Part shown: positions 39,981-49,515 of the stretch, piece after piece
Position numbering within the stretch: position 1 is the first letter of the stretch
How the letters are laid out: each line of letters starts with the position of its first letter
Source: Alphaproteobacteria bacterium
Lineage (GTDB): Bacteria; Pseudomonadota; Alphaproteobacteria; UBA828
DNA length: 64,000 bases
Direction of reading: 5' to 3'
Assembly: GCA_965221125.1 (NCBI GenBank)
Contig: CBDCRW010000002.1
Location: forward strand, 32,001-96,000
The notes under the pieces: model-generated
What the model was told of the DNA's origin: nothing
The model's database searches: none
Seen by the model: the letters and a program-made list of their open reading frames with translations, nothing else
Position numbers and translations under genes: made by a program

Positions 39981-41186
39981 TTATCCCAAGTAGCCAGCCC
40001 AATCCTCCATCAGCATTCGGCGCCGCTCGAACAGGTCGGTCCGGCGATAGGCCGCCTCCACCCGATCCGAATTCACATGTGCTAGCGCGAGCTCGCAGAC
40101 CTCGCGGGGCGCGTCCGAGCACTCCGCCGCCCAGTCGCGGAACGAGGACCGGAAGCCGTGCGGCACGGCCTCGATGCCGAGCTCCCGGAGCAGCTTGGAG
40201 ATCGTGTTGTCGCTGAGCGCCCGGCCCTGCGGCGAGGGGAAGATCAGCCTGGACCGGTCCTCGAAGGCCCGCGCTTCGTCGAGGATCTGCAGCGCGCGGG
40301 CGGAGAGCGGCACCCGGTGATCGCGCTTCGCCTTCATCCGGCTCGCCGGCACCGTCCATGTCGCGGAGTCGAAGTCGACCTCGTCCCACGTCGCAAGCCG
40401 GACCTCGCCGGACCGGGTGGCTGTCAGCACCAGGAACTCGAAGGCGAGCGCGGTGAGTGTCTGCGCACCCGACGTCTTCACCTTCTCGAGCGCGGCGCCG
40501 ACCTCGGGGAAGGGGAGGGCGCGCTGGTGCCGGCGCACGCTGCCGTTCTTCGGCAGCGCGGCGGAGATCGCGTCGCCGGCGGGGTTGTCGTCGCGGTAGC
40601 CCTGTGCGATGGCCCACTTCATCACCGCGCCGATCCGCTGGCGCACGCGCCGCATGGTTTCGTTCTTGGTGTGCCAGTGCGGGATCAGGACGGCCATCAC
40701 GTCGGCGGTGGTGATCTGGTCGACCCGTCTGCGGCCGAGCCGTTTCATGGCGTAGTCCCGGAGCGAGGCACGCCATTGCTTCTCGCTCTTGCCGGCGTCC
40801 TTCCAGCCTTCGCGGTGGATGGCGATCACGGTCTCGACCGCGTCCGCGAACGTGGGCACGTCCGGTTTGCGTTGGAGCGCGATGGGGTCGCCGCCCGCCC
40901 ATGAGATCTTCCGGTACTCGAAGGCTTTTTGGCGGGCTTCGGCGAGGGAGACGTAGGGGAACGCGCCGAGGCCGACGTCGCGGCGCATGCCGTTGACGGT
41001 TCCGCGCCAGATCCAGTGTTTGGAGATCGACTTCCGTTTGCGCGATTCGTAGACTCGGAGTCGCAGTCCGTGCTGGTCGCCGTAGACGCCGGGCCGGTTG
41101 ACGGTTTTGACGAATGCGGCGGTTAGGCGTCCTTTCTTCGGGGTTTTGATGGCGGACGCAAACGGAATCGAACGCGTTTCGGGCAT
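39981..41186 (-). CDS. P4-like tyrosine integrase with arm-binding domain
   Basis: GLGAFPYVSLAEAR, TATRSGEVR, MKAKRDHRVPLS, HGFRSSFRDW, LAH...AAYRR. Confidence 0.93.
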   Translation of the reverse strand: MPETRSIPFASAIKTPKKGRLTAAFVKTVNRPGVYGDQHGLRLRVYESRKRKSISKHWIWRGTVNGMRRDVGLGAFPYVSLAEARQKAFEYRKISWAGGDPIALQRKPDVPTFADAVETVIAIHREGWKDAGKSEKQWRASLRDYAMKRLGRRRVDQITTADVMAVLIPHWHTKNETMRRVRQRIGAVMKWAIAQGYRDDNPAGDAISAALPKNGSVRRHQRALPFPEVGAALEKVKTSGAQTLTALAFEFLVLTATRSGEVRLATWDEVDFDSATWTVPASRMKAKRDHRVPLSARALQILDEARAFEDRSRLIFPSPQGRALSDNTISKLLRELGIEAVPHGFRSSFRDWAAECSDAPREVCELALAHVNSDRVEAAYRRTDLFERRRMLMEDWAGYLG

Positions 41187-41335
41187 GCTTTCTGGCACCC
41201 ATATTGAGTCCCACAATGCGATCGATATTGGCTGAGAACGGTGTCCAACGCAAGGCAAGAGTTGGACCGGTAACCCTTTGATCTTGAACAACAGTTACGA
41301 ACGGTTGAGAAGCGTTAAAAACCCCCTTGGGCGGT

Positions 41336-41349
41336 CACCCCCTCCGCCA
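41336..41349 (+). other. Putative att core: duplicated tRNA 3' end (tRNA-Ser-like)
   Basis: CACCCCCTCCGCCA about 150 nt upstream of the integrase start, with no T-loop in front of it. Confidence 0.6.
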
Positions 41350-41414
41350 CCGAACCTTGATAATACACTGTATCTGAACGTCATTTTCTTCATTGGCGTT
41401 GTTCGGCGCGGCGG

Positions 41415-42173
41415 CTACGGCCGGGCGCCGAGGCGCTCCAGCGAGGCGGGGGCGACGGAAAAGATCTCGCCCCAGCCGGCGATGCGGCCGGGGTCGACGC
41501 CAGCGAGCGCCAACGTGCCCCAGAGCGCTGCCGCCACGCTGTCGTAGATCGGGCGGCCGGCCTCCGCCTCCAGCGCGGGCGCGTGGGGCGCGCCCTTCAG
41601 GTTCGTGCAGACGGCAGCGATGGCCTGCGGCTCGGCGCCTGCCACGGCGCGGATCATGCCTTCCGTCTGTTCCGCCGGGATCGTGGCGTAGCCGAAGGTG
41701 TCGTCGCTATCGAGGTGGCGCTCGGCGACGCACTGAAAACCCTCGCGCCCGTAGGTCTCGATGATCGCCTCCTGCAGCGCGCTCTCGAAGGGCGTGACCA
41801 GGGCGAAGCGGCTCACCCCCCGGCTGCGGAAGAGCTCGGCCAGCGCCAAGGTGGCGCTCGTCGCCGGGATGCCGGTCTCGCGCGCGATCGTCTCGCAGAG
41901 CCTGCGGTCGAAGTCGGGGCCGAGCCAGCTTCCGGCGGTGCCGTTCCAGCAGATCGCGTGGACGCGCGCATCGGCCAGCAGGCGCGCGGCGGCCAGCATC
42001 GGCTCGTCGGCGAACTGGGCCGTCGCCTTCTCGTCGAGCGCGATGCTGCTCACCCGCACCCGGCTGAAGTGCGCGGTGACGTCGGGCAGGTCCGCGAGCA
42101 GCGCGTAGGTCACGGGCTCCAGCACCGTGTTGAGCGACGGCGTGATCATGCCGATGCGGGTCTGGCTCGCCAT
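41415..42173 (-). CDS. Maleate cis-trans isomerase / Asp-Glu racemase family protein
   Basis: IGMITPSLNTVLEP, WNGT, VCTNL. Confidence 0.85.
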   Translation of the reverse strand: MASQTRIGMITPSLNTVLEPVTYALLADLPDVTAHFSRVRVSSIALDEKATAQFADEPMLAAARLLADARVHAICWNGTAGSWLGPDFDRRLCETIARETGIPATSATLALAELFRSRGVSRFALVTPFESALQEAIIETYGREGFQCVAERHLDSDDTFGYATIPAEQTEGMIRAVAGAEPQAIAAVCTNLKGAPHAPALEAEAGRPIYDSVAAALWGTLALAGVDPGRIAGWGEIFSVAPASLERLGARP

Positions 42174-42192
42174 GGGCTCCTCCGTTCTGACG

Positions 42193-43764
42193 TTACGGCG
42201 CGCCGACGCTCGCGTTGGGGGACATCACGTGGGCAACGCCGGTGGCAGCGCCGCTCTCCGGGTCCCAGACCACCGCGTTGGGGCAGGCGTAGGACGACGG
42301 ATGAACCCCGTGCGGCCGCACGCCAAGCGCGAAGCGGGCCTTGAGCGCAGCGAGCGTCTCCGCCGCAAGCCGCGCATCGGCCTCGACGAGGTCCGGCCCA
42401 TCGACGTTGACGCGGGGGCAGTGCGCGGCATCCTCCGGGCTCATCCCGAAATCCGCGAGGAAGGAGAGGAGCTGCGCCACGGCGGGCAGGATGCGCCGCC
42501 CGCCCGAGGCGCCGAGCGCCGCGCGGCGCCCGTCCGCGAGCTCCACCACCGTCGGGCACATGTTGGAGAGCGGCCGCTTGCCGGGCGCGATCGAGTTGGG
42601 GCGGCCCGGCCGGGGGTCGAACCACATGATGCCGTTGTTCAGCAGGATGCCGGTGCCGGGCAGCATCACCTTGGCCCCGAAGGGCGACAGCAGGGTCTGG
42701 GTCAGCGCGACCACGGTGCCGTCGCGGTCGGCGACGCCGAGGTGGCTGGTGCAGGACGCGGGCTCCGCGTCGGCGCCCTCGCCCATGCCCCGGAGCCGCG
42801 CGGCGTAGGCCGCCTGCAGCGCCCCGGCGTACGCCGCGTAGCTCTCGCCGCCGGGCGCCTCGCCCGGATCGAGGGAGTCCGCGAGGCGGCTCAGCACGTC
42901 GAGCAGAGTCGGCCCCGCAGTCAGCCCCGGCGCAGCCCAGACGCGGGCATCGCGGTAGGGCACCGGCGCGACCTCCTCCACCTGCGCCTCGTAGCCCGCC
43001 AGGTCGGCCGCCGAGAGCCGCCCGCCGAGCGCCGCCATGTCGGCGGCAATAGAACGCGCGATCTCGCCCGTGTAGGCGTCGGCGGGTCCGGCCTCGGCGA
43101 GCCGGCGCAACGTCTCCGCGAGCCGGCCCAGCCGCACGCGCGGCGCGTCCCCGGTCCAGGGCGTGGCCTGCGGGAAGCCACCCCTGAGGTAGGTGGCGGC
43201 GGAGCCGGGATCCTGCGCGAGCTCCGGCGCAGACGCGGCAATGGCGATGGTGGCGTGCCAGTCCACCTCCATGCCCTGCTCGGTCAGCGCGCACGCCGGC
43301 GCCACGAGGTCGGCCCACCCTTGAGAGCCAAAGCGTTCGTGCGCGAGCCCGAGGCCCGCCACCTGCCCCGGCACGGCGACCGCGAGCGGGCCCCGCATGT
43401 TGCGGTCCTCCTCGACCGCCGGCCAGCCGAACATGTCCGCGCCCGCTTCGCCGGTGAGCGGGTAGTCCGCCGGCTCCAGCGCGCCCGGCGCGACCATGCC
43501 GAAGGAGACCGCCCACGTGCGGTCCCCGCCTCCGGGGCGGACCAGCATGTAGCCGCCGCCGCCGAGCCCGCTCATCCAGGGCTCGACCGCAGCGAGCGCC
43601 AGGCTCGTCGCGATGGCGGCGTCGACCGCGTTGCCGCCCCCCGCCAGCACCCGCGCGCCGACTTCGGACGCGGCATGGTGCTGGGTCGCGACCACGCCGC
43701 CCCGGCTCGTCACCGCCGGCTTGCGGACGACCCAGCGCTCCGGCTTCTCCGTCGCCGTTGCCAT
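42193..43764 (-). CDS. Gamma-glutamyltransferase family protein
   Basis: GGNAVDAAIA, SGLGGGG, CTSHLGVAD (Thr nucleophile), PGKRPLSNMCP, GASGGRRI. Confidence 0.9.
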   Translation of the reverse strand: MATATEKPERWVVRKPAVTSRGGVVATQHHAASEVGARVLAGGGNAVDAAIATSLALAAVEPWMSGLGGGGYMLVRPGGGDRTWAVSFGMVAPGALEPADYPLTGEAGADMFGWPAVEEDRNMRGPLAVAVPGQVAGLGLAHERFGSQGWADLVAPACALTEQGMEVDWHATIAIAASAPELAQDPGSAATYLRGGFPQATPWTGDAPRVRLGRLAETLRRLAEAGPADAYTGEIARSIAADMAALGGRLSAADLAGYEAQVEEVAPVPYRDARVWAAPGLTAGPTLLDVLSRLADSLDPGEAPGGESYAAYAGALQAAYAARLRGMGEGADAEPASCTSHLGVADRDGTVVALTQTLLSPFGAKVMLPGTGILLNNGIMWFDPRPGRPNSIAPGKRPLSNMCPTVVELADGRRAALGASGGRRILPAVAQLLSFLADFGMSPEDAAHCPRVNVDGPDLVEADARLAAETLAALKARFALGVRPHGVHPSSYACPNAVVWDPESGAATGVAHVMSPNASVGAP

Positions 43765-43791
43765 GCGGCGCTCCCCGAAAGCCCGCGCCCG

Positions 43792-45357
43792 CTACACGCT
43801 CTGCCAGTCCGCGCTCTTCTCCAGCGCGTCGGCGACCCTGAGCACGGTGAGGTCGTCGAAGTGGCGGCCCACGATCTGGCAGCCGATGGGCAGGTCGTCG
43901 CTCACGCCGCAGGGCACGCTGATCGCGGGATGGCCGGTCAGATTGAACTGCGGCGTGTTGTTGATCATGCTGAGCGCGCGCGACATGTACTCCCCGAAAT
44001 CGGCATCCAGGCTCGGGATCGGCGCCGGCAGGTGCGGAATGGTCGGCAGCACCAGCACGTCCACCTCGGCGAGCGCCCTGTCGTAGGCCTCGGTCAGCCG
44101 CCGCCGCTGGTTCTGCGCCTTGGCGTAGTAGGTGCCGTGGTAGTAGCGCTTGAGATAGCTGCCGAGCAGCAGGACGTTCTTCACGGTGAGCGGATAGTCG
44201 TTCTGGCGGGTCTGCGCGGCGCGCGACGCGTGCTCCAGGAACTGCGTGTCGTAGTAGCCGAACCAGCCGGTGCCGACGCCGCCCGCCTTCAGCATGAACT
44301 CGGTCGCGCCCTCGGCCGCGATGGCGAACCAGACCCGGAGCCCGTGGTAGTGCAAGGGCACCGAGACCTCAGTGACCTGCGCGCCGCGCTGCTCCAGCCG
44401 GCCCACCGCGGCGCGCACCGCTGCGTCCACCGCCGGATCGCTCCCCGGCAGGCCGAACTCGGGCCACGTCTCCTCGGTCTGGCCGAAACCCTCGGTCAGC
44501 ACGCCGATGCGGATCCCCTCGCAGCCCGCGCCGATGGCCGGCATGTAGTCCTGCACGTGGTTCGCCGGGATGGTGCCGCGCTGGCGCGGGTCGAGCGGGT
44601 CGGGGCCGGCCAGCACCGAGAGCATGCGGGCCGTGTTCTCCACCGTGTCCGTCATCGGGCCGATGTGGTCGAGGGTCATCTCGATGGCGAGGCAGCCGGT
44701 ATAGGGAATGAGCCCGTAGGTCGCCTTGTGGCCGACGGTGCCGCACCAGGAGGCGGGAATGCGGATCGAGCCGCCCTGATCGCCGCCGATGGCCATGGCC
44801 ACGTCGCCGGCGGCGATCGCGGCGCCGCTCCCCTTGGACGAGCCGCCGGGCGCGTGCGTCGGCTTGCGCGGGTTGCGCACCGGCCCGTAGCCGCTGGTGT
44901 GGCCGCCGCCGGAGAAGGAGAAGTCGGCGCAGGCGGTCTTGCCGACGATGGTGGCGCCCGCGTCGAGCAGGCGGGTCACGATGGTGGCGTCGATGGTCGG
45001 CACGTAGCCCTCGAGGACGCGCGCGCCGTTCATCATCGGCAGGCCGGCCACGGAGACCACGTCCTTGATGCCGATCTCCTCGCCCGCGAGCGGACCCGCA
45101 TCGGCGCCCTTGATCTCGGCCCGCCAGTACCAGGCGTTGTACGGGTTCTCGTCCGGGTGCGGCCGGTAGCCGGAGGTGCGCGGATAGGCGACCTGGGGGC
45201 GTTCCTCCGGCATGTCGTCGATGTGGCGCAAGCTCCTGATGGCCCCCAGCATGGCCTCCCGCTGGTTCGACAGGTCCTCCTGCGTCATGTCGAGCCCGAA
45301 ATCCAGGGCGATGTCGGCAAGCTGATCGATGGTGGGCAGTTCCGGACCGCGGGACAT
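43792..45357 (-). CDS. Amidase (amidase signature family)
   Basis: IGIKD, PGGSSKGS, GGDQGGSIRIPA. Confidence 0.92.
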   Translation of the reverse strand: MSRGPELPTIDQLADIALDFGLDMTQEDLSNQREAMLGAIRSLRHIDDMPEERPQVAYPRTSGYRPHPDENPYNAWYWRAEIKGADAGPLAGEEIGIKDVVSVAGLPMMNGARVLEGYVPTIDATIVTRLLDAGATIVGKTACADFSFSGGGHTSGYGPVRNPRKPTHAPGGSSKGSGAAIAAGDVAMAIGGDQGGSIRIPASWCGTVGHKATYGLIPYTGCLAIEMTLDHIGPMTDTVENTARMLSVLAGPDPLDPRQRGTIPANHVQDYMPAIGAGCEGIRIGVLTEGFGQTEETWPEFGLPGSDPAVDAAVRAAVGRLEQRGAQVTEVSVPLHYHGLRVWFAIAAEGATEFMLKAGGVGTGWFGYYDTQFLEHASRAAQTRQNDYPLTVKNVLLLGSYLKRYYHGTYYAKAQNQRRRLTEAYDRALAEVDVLVLPTIPHLPAPIPSLDADFGEYMSRALSMINNTPQFNLTGHPAISVPCGVSDDLPIGCQIVGRHFDDLTVLRVADALEKSADWQSV

Positions 45358-45559
45358 GGGGGCCTCGTTTCGTCTGATGGGAGCGGCTTGCGATCCTAGG
45401 GCGGTGCGTGGGCGCCGACAACGGGGGCGGCCGTTCTGCGATCCCGCGGGCCTGCCGGCGCGACTGGGCGGAGCCGATCCCCGATGGCCCGCGCGCGGGG
45501 CCGCGGCTACCATCGTCCGCGCCATGCGGACCGACATTGCCTAGCGGGACCGAGGAGCC

Positions 45560-46159
45560 GTGAACGCGACCCCACGGGCCGAGCGCCTGCGCGATCACTT
45601 CGTCGGCTGGCAGTGCCGCATACGGGCCGATGCCATGCGCCGCCGGGCCGGCCGGCCCACGCCGGGGATGTGCCCGCAGGTGCTGAGTGCTGCGGGCGCG
45701 CCGCTCGCGCGGGCGGTGACGACGCTGCTGGTGCGGCGGGAACCCGAATCCTTCGCGCCCGAGTTCCGCCACCTGGCGCGGCGCACCCACGACCCGCGCG
45801 ATCGCCGCGAGGCGGCGCTCGCGCTGCTGGCCGAACGCTACTACCAGCACGCCCGCGACTTCGGCGACGTTCTCACGGCGACCTTCGCGGCCGAATCACC
45901 GCTCGCCGCCGACCTGGAGCGGGAGGGCCGCTGCGTCCTGGCGTTCGCCCAGGACGGCCAGCGCTACCGGCTGCCCTGCGCCGTTGGGAGGCTAGGGCTC
46001 GACGATCCCCGCCGCGAGGAAACCTGGTGGCACAACGCGCTCTTCAACCCGCAGCTGCCGCCGGACGTCCCCGTCCTCGCCTTCGTCCCCCGCTGGCTGG
46101 AGGCGGACACCGATCCCGACGAGTCCGCGGTGCTCATGGGAGTGAAAAACAGTGCCTGA
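45560..46159 (+). CDS. Hypothetical protein
   Basis: GAGGAG RBS with GTG start; WQCRIR...TWWHNALFNP. Confidence 0.65.
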   Translation: MNATPRAERLRDHFVGWQCRIRADAMRRRAGRPTPGMCPQVLSAAGAPLARAVTTLLVRREPESFAPEFRHLARRTHDPRDRREAALALLAERYYQHARDFGDVLTATFAAESPLAADLEREGRCVLAFAQDGQRYRLPCAVGRLGLDDPRREETWWHNALFNPQLPPDVPVLAFVPRWLEADTDPDESAVLMGVKNSA

Positions 46160-46308
46160 GATATCGGAAAACGCGGGAACTCACCGCCAATGCGATTGAC
46201 GCAATTTATTCGACATACCGCAGTTACGGACCCTCGATTCGGTCATATCATTGTGGGAGTCGTGCAGGCGGACCACGCTGCATAAGATTGCGAGCAGGAG
46301 GCCCCACA

Positions 46309-48936
46309 ATGAATATCACGACAGGGACATTCAGATATTCGTCGTTTCTGGGAGCCGGCCTGCTCATGCTCGCCGGCGTTTATTCCGAGGTGCTCCCCAC
46401 GACGGCACAGGCACAGGAAGGGTGTCCGCTTCCCGCTGGCGCGACTGCTGTCCAGCCTCCGGACGTGACGGCGCAGGAGGTGGAAAACGGCACTGGCAGC
46501 CTGATGGACTTCACGCTGGCTGCAACGCAGCGGTTCGCGACCCTGAACGAGACGAGGAATCTCCTGCACTACTTGTGTCTCGTCCGTCAGGAGGGGGGCC
46601 CTTGGCGTGCGGGATCCACCTACATCACGGCACTGTCGGTCGACGGCAGGGTGTTCTTTCACGCGAAAGACATGGCACTCACGGGCAGGCAGCTCCAGCC
46701 GGCGATTTATGGAGAGATCCTCGTTCGGTTGGGAGTCGAGCCGGCCGTCCTCGCCAACCTGGCGTCTCCCGATCCCGCCGTAGTCGGTCAGGCTTTCGCC
46801 GCCGTCATTCGAACACTGTCGCAAGGACCGCACGCCTCGTTCGACGCGACGGCCCCCGTGCCAGGCGCAAGGCCGGGGATACCAGGCGCCTCGGGCCATG
46901 TCGGCTCCTACGTCTCGATCGCCTATGGAGGGCAGCCGTTCCTGGCGCTCGCCGGGTTCGATCTCGACGAGTCACACCTGGTTCCCATCGGCGAAGAGAT
47001 TATCGACCACGGCGACCCGGTTATTACTGCTGCAGACGTGGTGGACCGCGAGACTCTGAAGGCCTTCGTCACACAGGCGGGGGAGTACGTTCTCGCACAG
47101 CAGAAGAGCGGAGATCCGGCTGGCAGCGCGAAAGCCTTCATCGCCTTGCGGGATGAGAACGGGCCCTGGCGGCACGGTTCCGTCTACCTCTATGTCATCA
47201 ACCTTACGGATCCTGACGCCGATCCTCCGGAGGGCGTTGTCCTCTTTCACGCGACGGAACCGGACAGGTTCGAGTTTCAGCCTCTGGTCGGGATTGCCCG
47301 AGACGGCGTTACCGGAGAGCTCATTCTGCCGCAGGTCCTCAGAGCGGCGACCAGCAATCCGGAAGGCGGCTTCGTGCAGTATTTCTACGACGATCCCGCT
47401 GATGACACGGACAGGGCCGACATCCCCAAGGTGGGTTATGCCCGCGAGTTTACCGCTGAAATCCAGACGCCAGTTGGAGCATCCCAGGTTAACTTTGTCG
47501 TCGGATCGGGATTTTATCTGAGCGACACCGGGGTGGTCGCGGCGGGCCGGAACACGGTCGTCCAGTCGGTGCTGCCCCAGGTCGTCCGCGCCATGACCGC
47601 CGGCACGGTCGATGCCGTTTCCAGCCGCATCCAGCGCGCATCATCCGGCGCCGCGCCCGATGCCAGCCTCAGCTTCGGCGGCGCCACGACGCTCTCCGAC
47701 GCCATCGTGGCCAACGGCCCGGCGCTGCAGAACGGCACGTTCGACCTCGCGCGCCTGCTCGAGGGCTCGTCCTTCACCGTGGCGCTGGGCGCCGCGGATG
47801 GCGGGAGCAGCGGCCCGTTCGGCGACCTGACCTTCTGGGGAAGCGGCGACTACCGCAGCATCTCGGGCGGCAACGCGCAGTCCGTGAGCTACGACGGCAC
47901 CGTGACGAGCGCCAACCTCGGGATCGATACCAGGCTGAGCGCAGACGTGCTGGCCGGCGTGTCGCTCACGTCGTCGCAAGGGGCGGTGGATTACACGGAC
48001 CTCAACGCGCAGGAGGGCGAGTTCTCGGCCTCGCTGACGAGCGTCAACCCCTACATCGGCTGGGGAACGCCCGGCGGCATGAACCTGTGGGCCATGGCCG
48101 GCTACGGCACGGGCGAGGTCGAGATCGACGACGCGGTGGGCACGGAGGCGAGCGACCTGACGCAGCAGACGTTCGCGGCAGGCGCGAGCGGGTCGCTCAT
48201 GTCCAGCGACGAGTTTCTCGATGGCGGGACCACCAGCCTGCTGCTGAAGGCCGAGGCAGCCTTCACGAAGGCCGAGGTCGATGGCTCGGAGACGCTGGCG
48301 CGCACGACGGTCAACGTCAGCCGGCAGCGGCTCACGCTCGAAGGGGTGTACGACCGGAAGCTCGCCTCGGGCGCGACGCTCTCGCCCTCGCTCGAGCTCG
48401 GCATACGGAACGACGGCGGAGACGGCGAGACCGGCGGCGGTGTCGAGACCGGTGGCGGTCTGCGCTACTCCGACCCGGCGTCGGGGATCACCCTCGAGGG
48501 CCGGGCCCGGACGCTCCTGTCGCACAGTGGCGACCACGAGGAGTGGGGCGTGAGCGGACTGGTGCGGATCGATCCCGGCGCGTCGGGCCAGGGGCTCGCG
48601 TTCAGCCTGCGGCCGGCGTGGGGCGAGACGGCCGGCGGCGTGCGGCGGTTGTGGGGGGGCGACGTGACCGCCCTGGGAGCGGCAGCGGCCGAGCACGGGG
48701 CCGGGCGTGTGAGCGCGCGGCTCGCCTATGGCATCGGCGACACGTGGGGTGCCGAGGGCGTGCTCACGCCTTACACCGACGTGTCGCTCTCCGACGCGGG
48801 CTCACGGCGTCTCGGCCTCGGCGGCCGCTACGACATCGGGCCCTGGGTCGGGATGAGCCTGGAAGGCACGCACGGCCGGCCGGCGCAGGGTGCCGCCGAC
48901 AACAGCGTTATCCTCCGCGCCGACCTACGCTGGTAA
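46309..48936 (+). CDS. Autotransporter with Cache-like passenger domains
   Basis: AGGAGG RBS; signal peptide ending AQA; two GPWRxGSxY...V(F/L)FHA repeats; C-terminal beta-barrel ending in W. Confidence 0.8.
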   Translation: MNITTGTFRYSSFLGAGLLMLAGVYSEVLPTTAQAQEGCPLPAGATAVQPPDVTAQEVENGTGSLMDFTLAATQRFATLNETRNLLHYLCLVRQEGGPWRAGSTYITALSVDGRVFFHAKDMALTGRQLQPAIYGEILVRLGVEPAVLANLASPDPAVVGQAFAAVIRTLSQGPHASFDATAPVPGARPGIPGASGHVGSYVSIAYGGQPFLALAGFDLDESHLVPIGEEIIDHGDPVITAADVVDRETLKAFVTQAGEYVLAQQKSGDPAGSAKAFIALRDENGPWRHGSVYLYVINLTDPDADPPEGVVLFHATEPDRFEFQPLVGIARDGVTGELILPQVLRAATSNPEGGFVQYFYDDPADDTDRADIPKVGYAREFTAEIQTPVGASQVNFVVGSGFYLSDTGVVAAGRNTVVQSVLPQVVRAMTAGTVDAVSSRIQRASSGAAPDASLSFGGATTLSDAIVANGPALQNGTFDLARLLEGSSFTVALGAADGGSSGPFGDLTFWGSGDYRSISGGNAQSVSYDGTVTSANLGIDTRLSADVLAGVSLTSSQGAVDYTDLNAQEGEFSASLTSVNPYIGWGTPGGMNLWAMAGYGTGEVEIDDAVGTEASDLTQQTFAAGASGSLMSSDEFLDGGTTSLLLKAEAAFTKAEVDGSETLARTTVNVSRQRLTLEGVYDRKLASGATLSPSLELGIRNDGGDGETGGGVETGGGLRYSDPASGITLEGRARTLLSHSGDHEEWGVSGLVRIDPGASGQGLAFSLRPAWGETAGGVRRLWGGDVTALGAAAAEHGAGRVSARLAYGIGDTWGAEGVLTPYTDVSLSDAGSRRLGLGGRYDIGPWVGMSLEGTHGRPAQGAADNSVILRADLRW

Positions 48937-48976
48937 CGCCGCAGGGCATCCGCCCGCGGCGACGGGCGGGCGCGCT

Positions 48977-49369
48977 CTAAAACTTCCGGTAGACCGCGTT
49001 GAGGTCCGTCATCGGGTGGCGCGGCGACATCTGGAATTTGATCAGCAGCTCGCGGGCGAGCATGTCGCGGTCCTGCTGGTTGTCCGGCAGCTCCAGGTCT
49101 TCCGGCACCGTGACCCAGCCGTTGATGTTGCGGTCGAACACCGCCGGCCGGCCTTCCTCGTAGCCCATGTGGACGTCTTCCAGCCAGTTGAGGTCGGTCC
49201 AGCCCATGGTCTCGATGTAGCGGGCGAGGAAGGGCGTGAGCCGCTCGTAGTCCGGCACCAGGTTCACATCGTAGCGGTAGCCGATGTGCTGGCCGATCTC
49301 CTTCTCGCGCTTGCTGTCGAGCCCGCTCTGGCTCAGGAAGTAGTCGACGTCGCCGGTCTTGTCGCTCAT
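48977..49369 (-). CDS. Hypothetical protein in the methylamine-type operon
   Basis: GGAGAA RBS; strong host codon bias; co-oriented downstream of the mgsC-like gene. Confidence 0.75.
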   Translation of the reverse strand: MSDKTGDVDYFLSQSGLDSKREKEIGQHIGYRYDVNLVPDYERLTPFLARYIETMGWTDLNWLEDVHMGYEEGRPAVFDRNINGWVTVPEDLELPDNQQDRDMLARELLIKFQMSPRHPMTDLNAVYRKF

Positions 49370-49515
49370 GGCGCTTCTCCGGAGTCCTTGTGGTTCGGCG
49401 CGACCGCTTCAAACCACAAGACTCTTTCGTGATGGATCAACTTATCGGGACATTCGAACATGTTATCCTCGACCAACCGACAGCATCCGGGGATTCGAAT
49501 GTCCCGGTCGATCCA

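Larger units (their letters stand above)
1..41349. mobile_element. Integrative mobilizable element / defence-rich genomic island (left end outside window)
   Basis: P4-type integrase next to a tRNA-3'-like att core at 41336-41349; MOB-F relaxase and oriT; ssb/toprim backbone; nested IS elements; AT-richer defence cargo. Contiguous metabolic genes begin right after 41349. Confidence 0.75.

Noticed and set aside
41281-41349. Complete tRNA gene
   Set aside because: Only a 3' CCA-ending fragment is present; no T-loop or cloverleaf.
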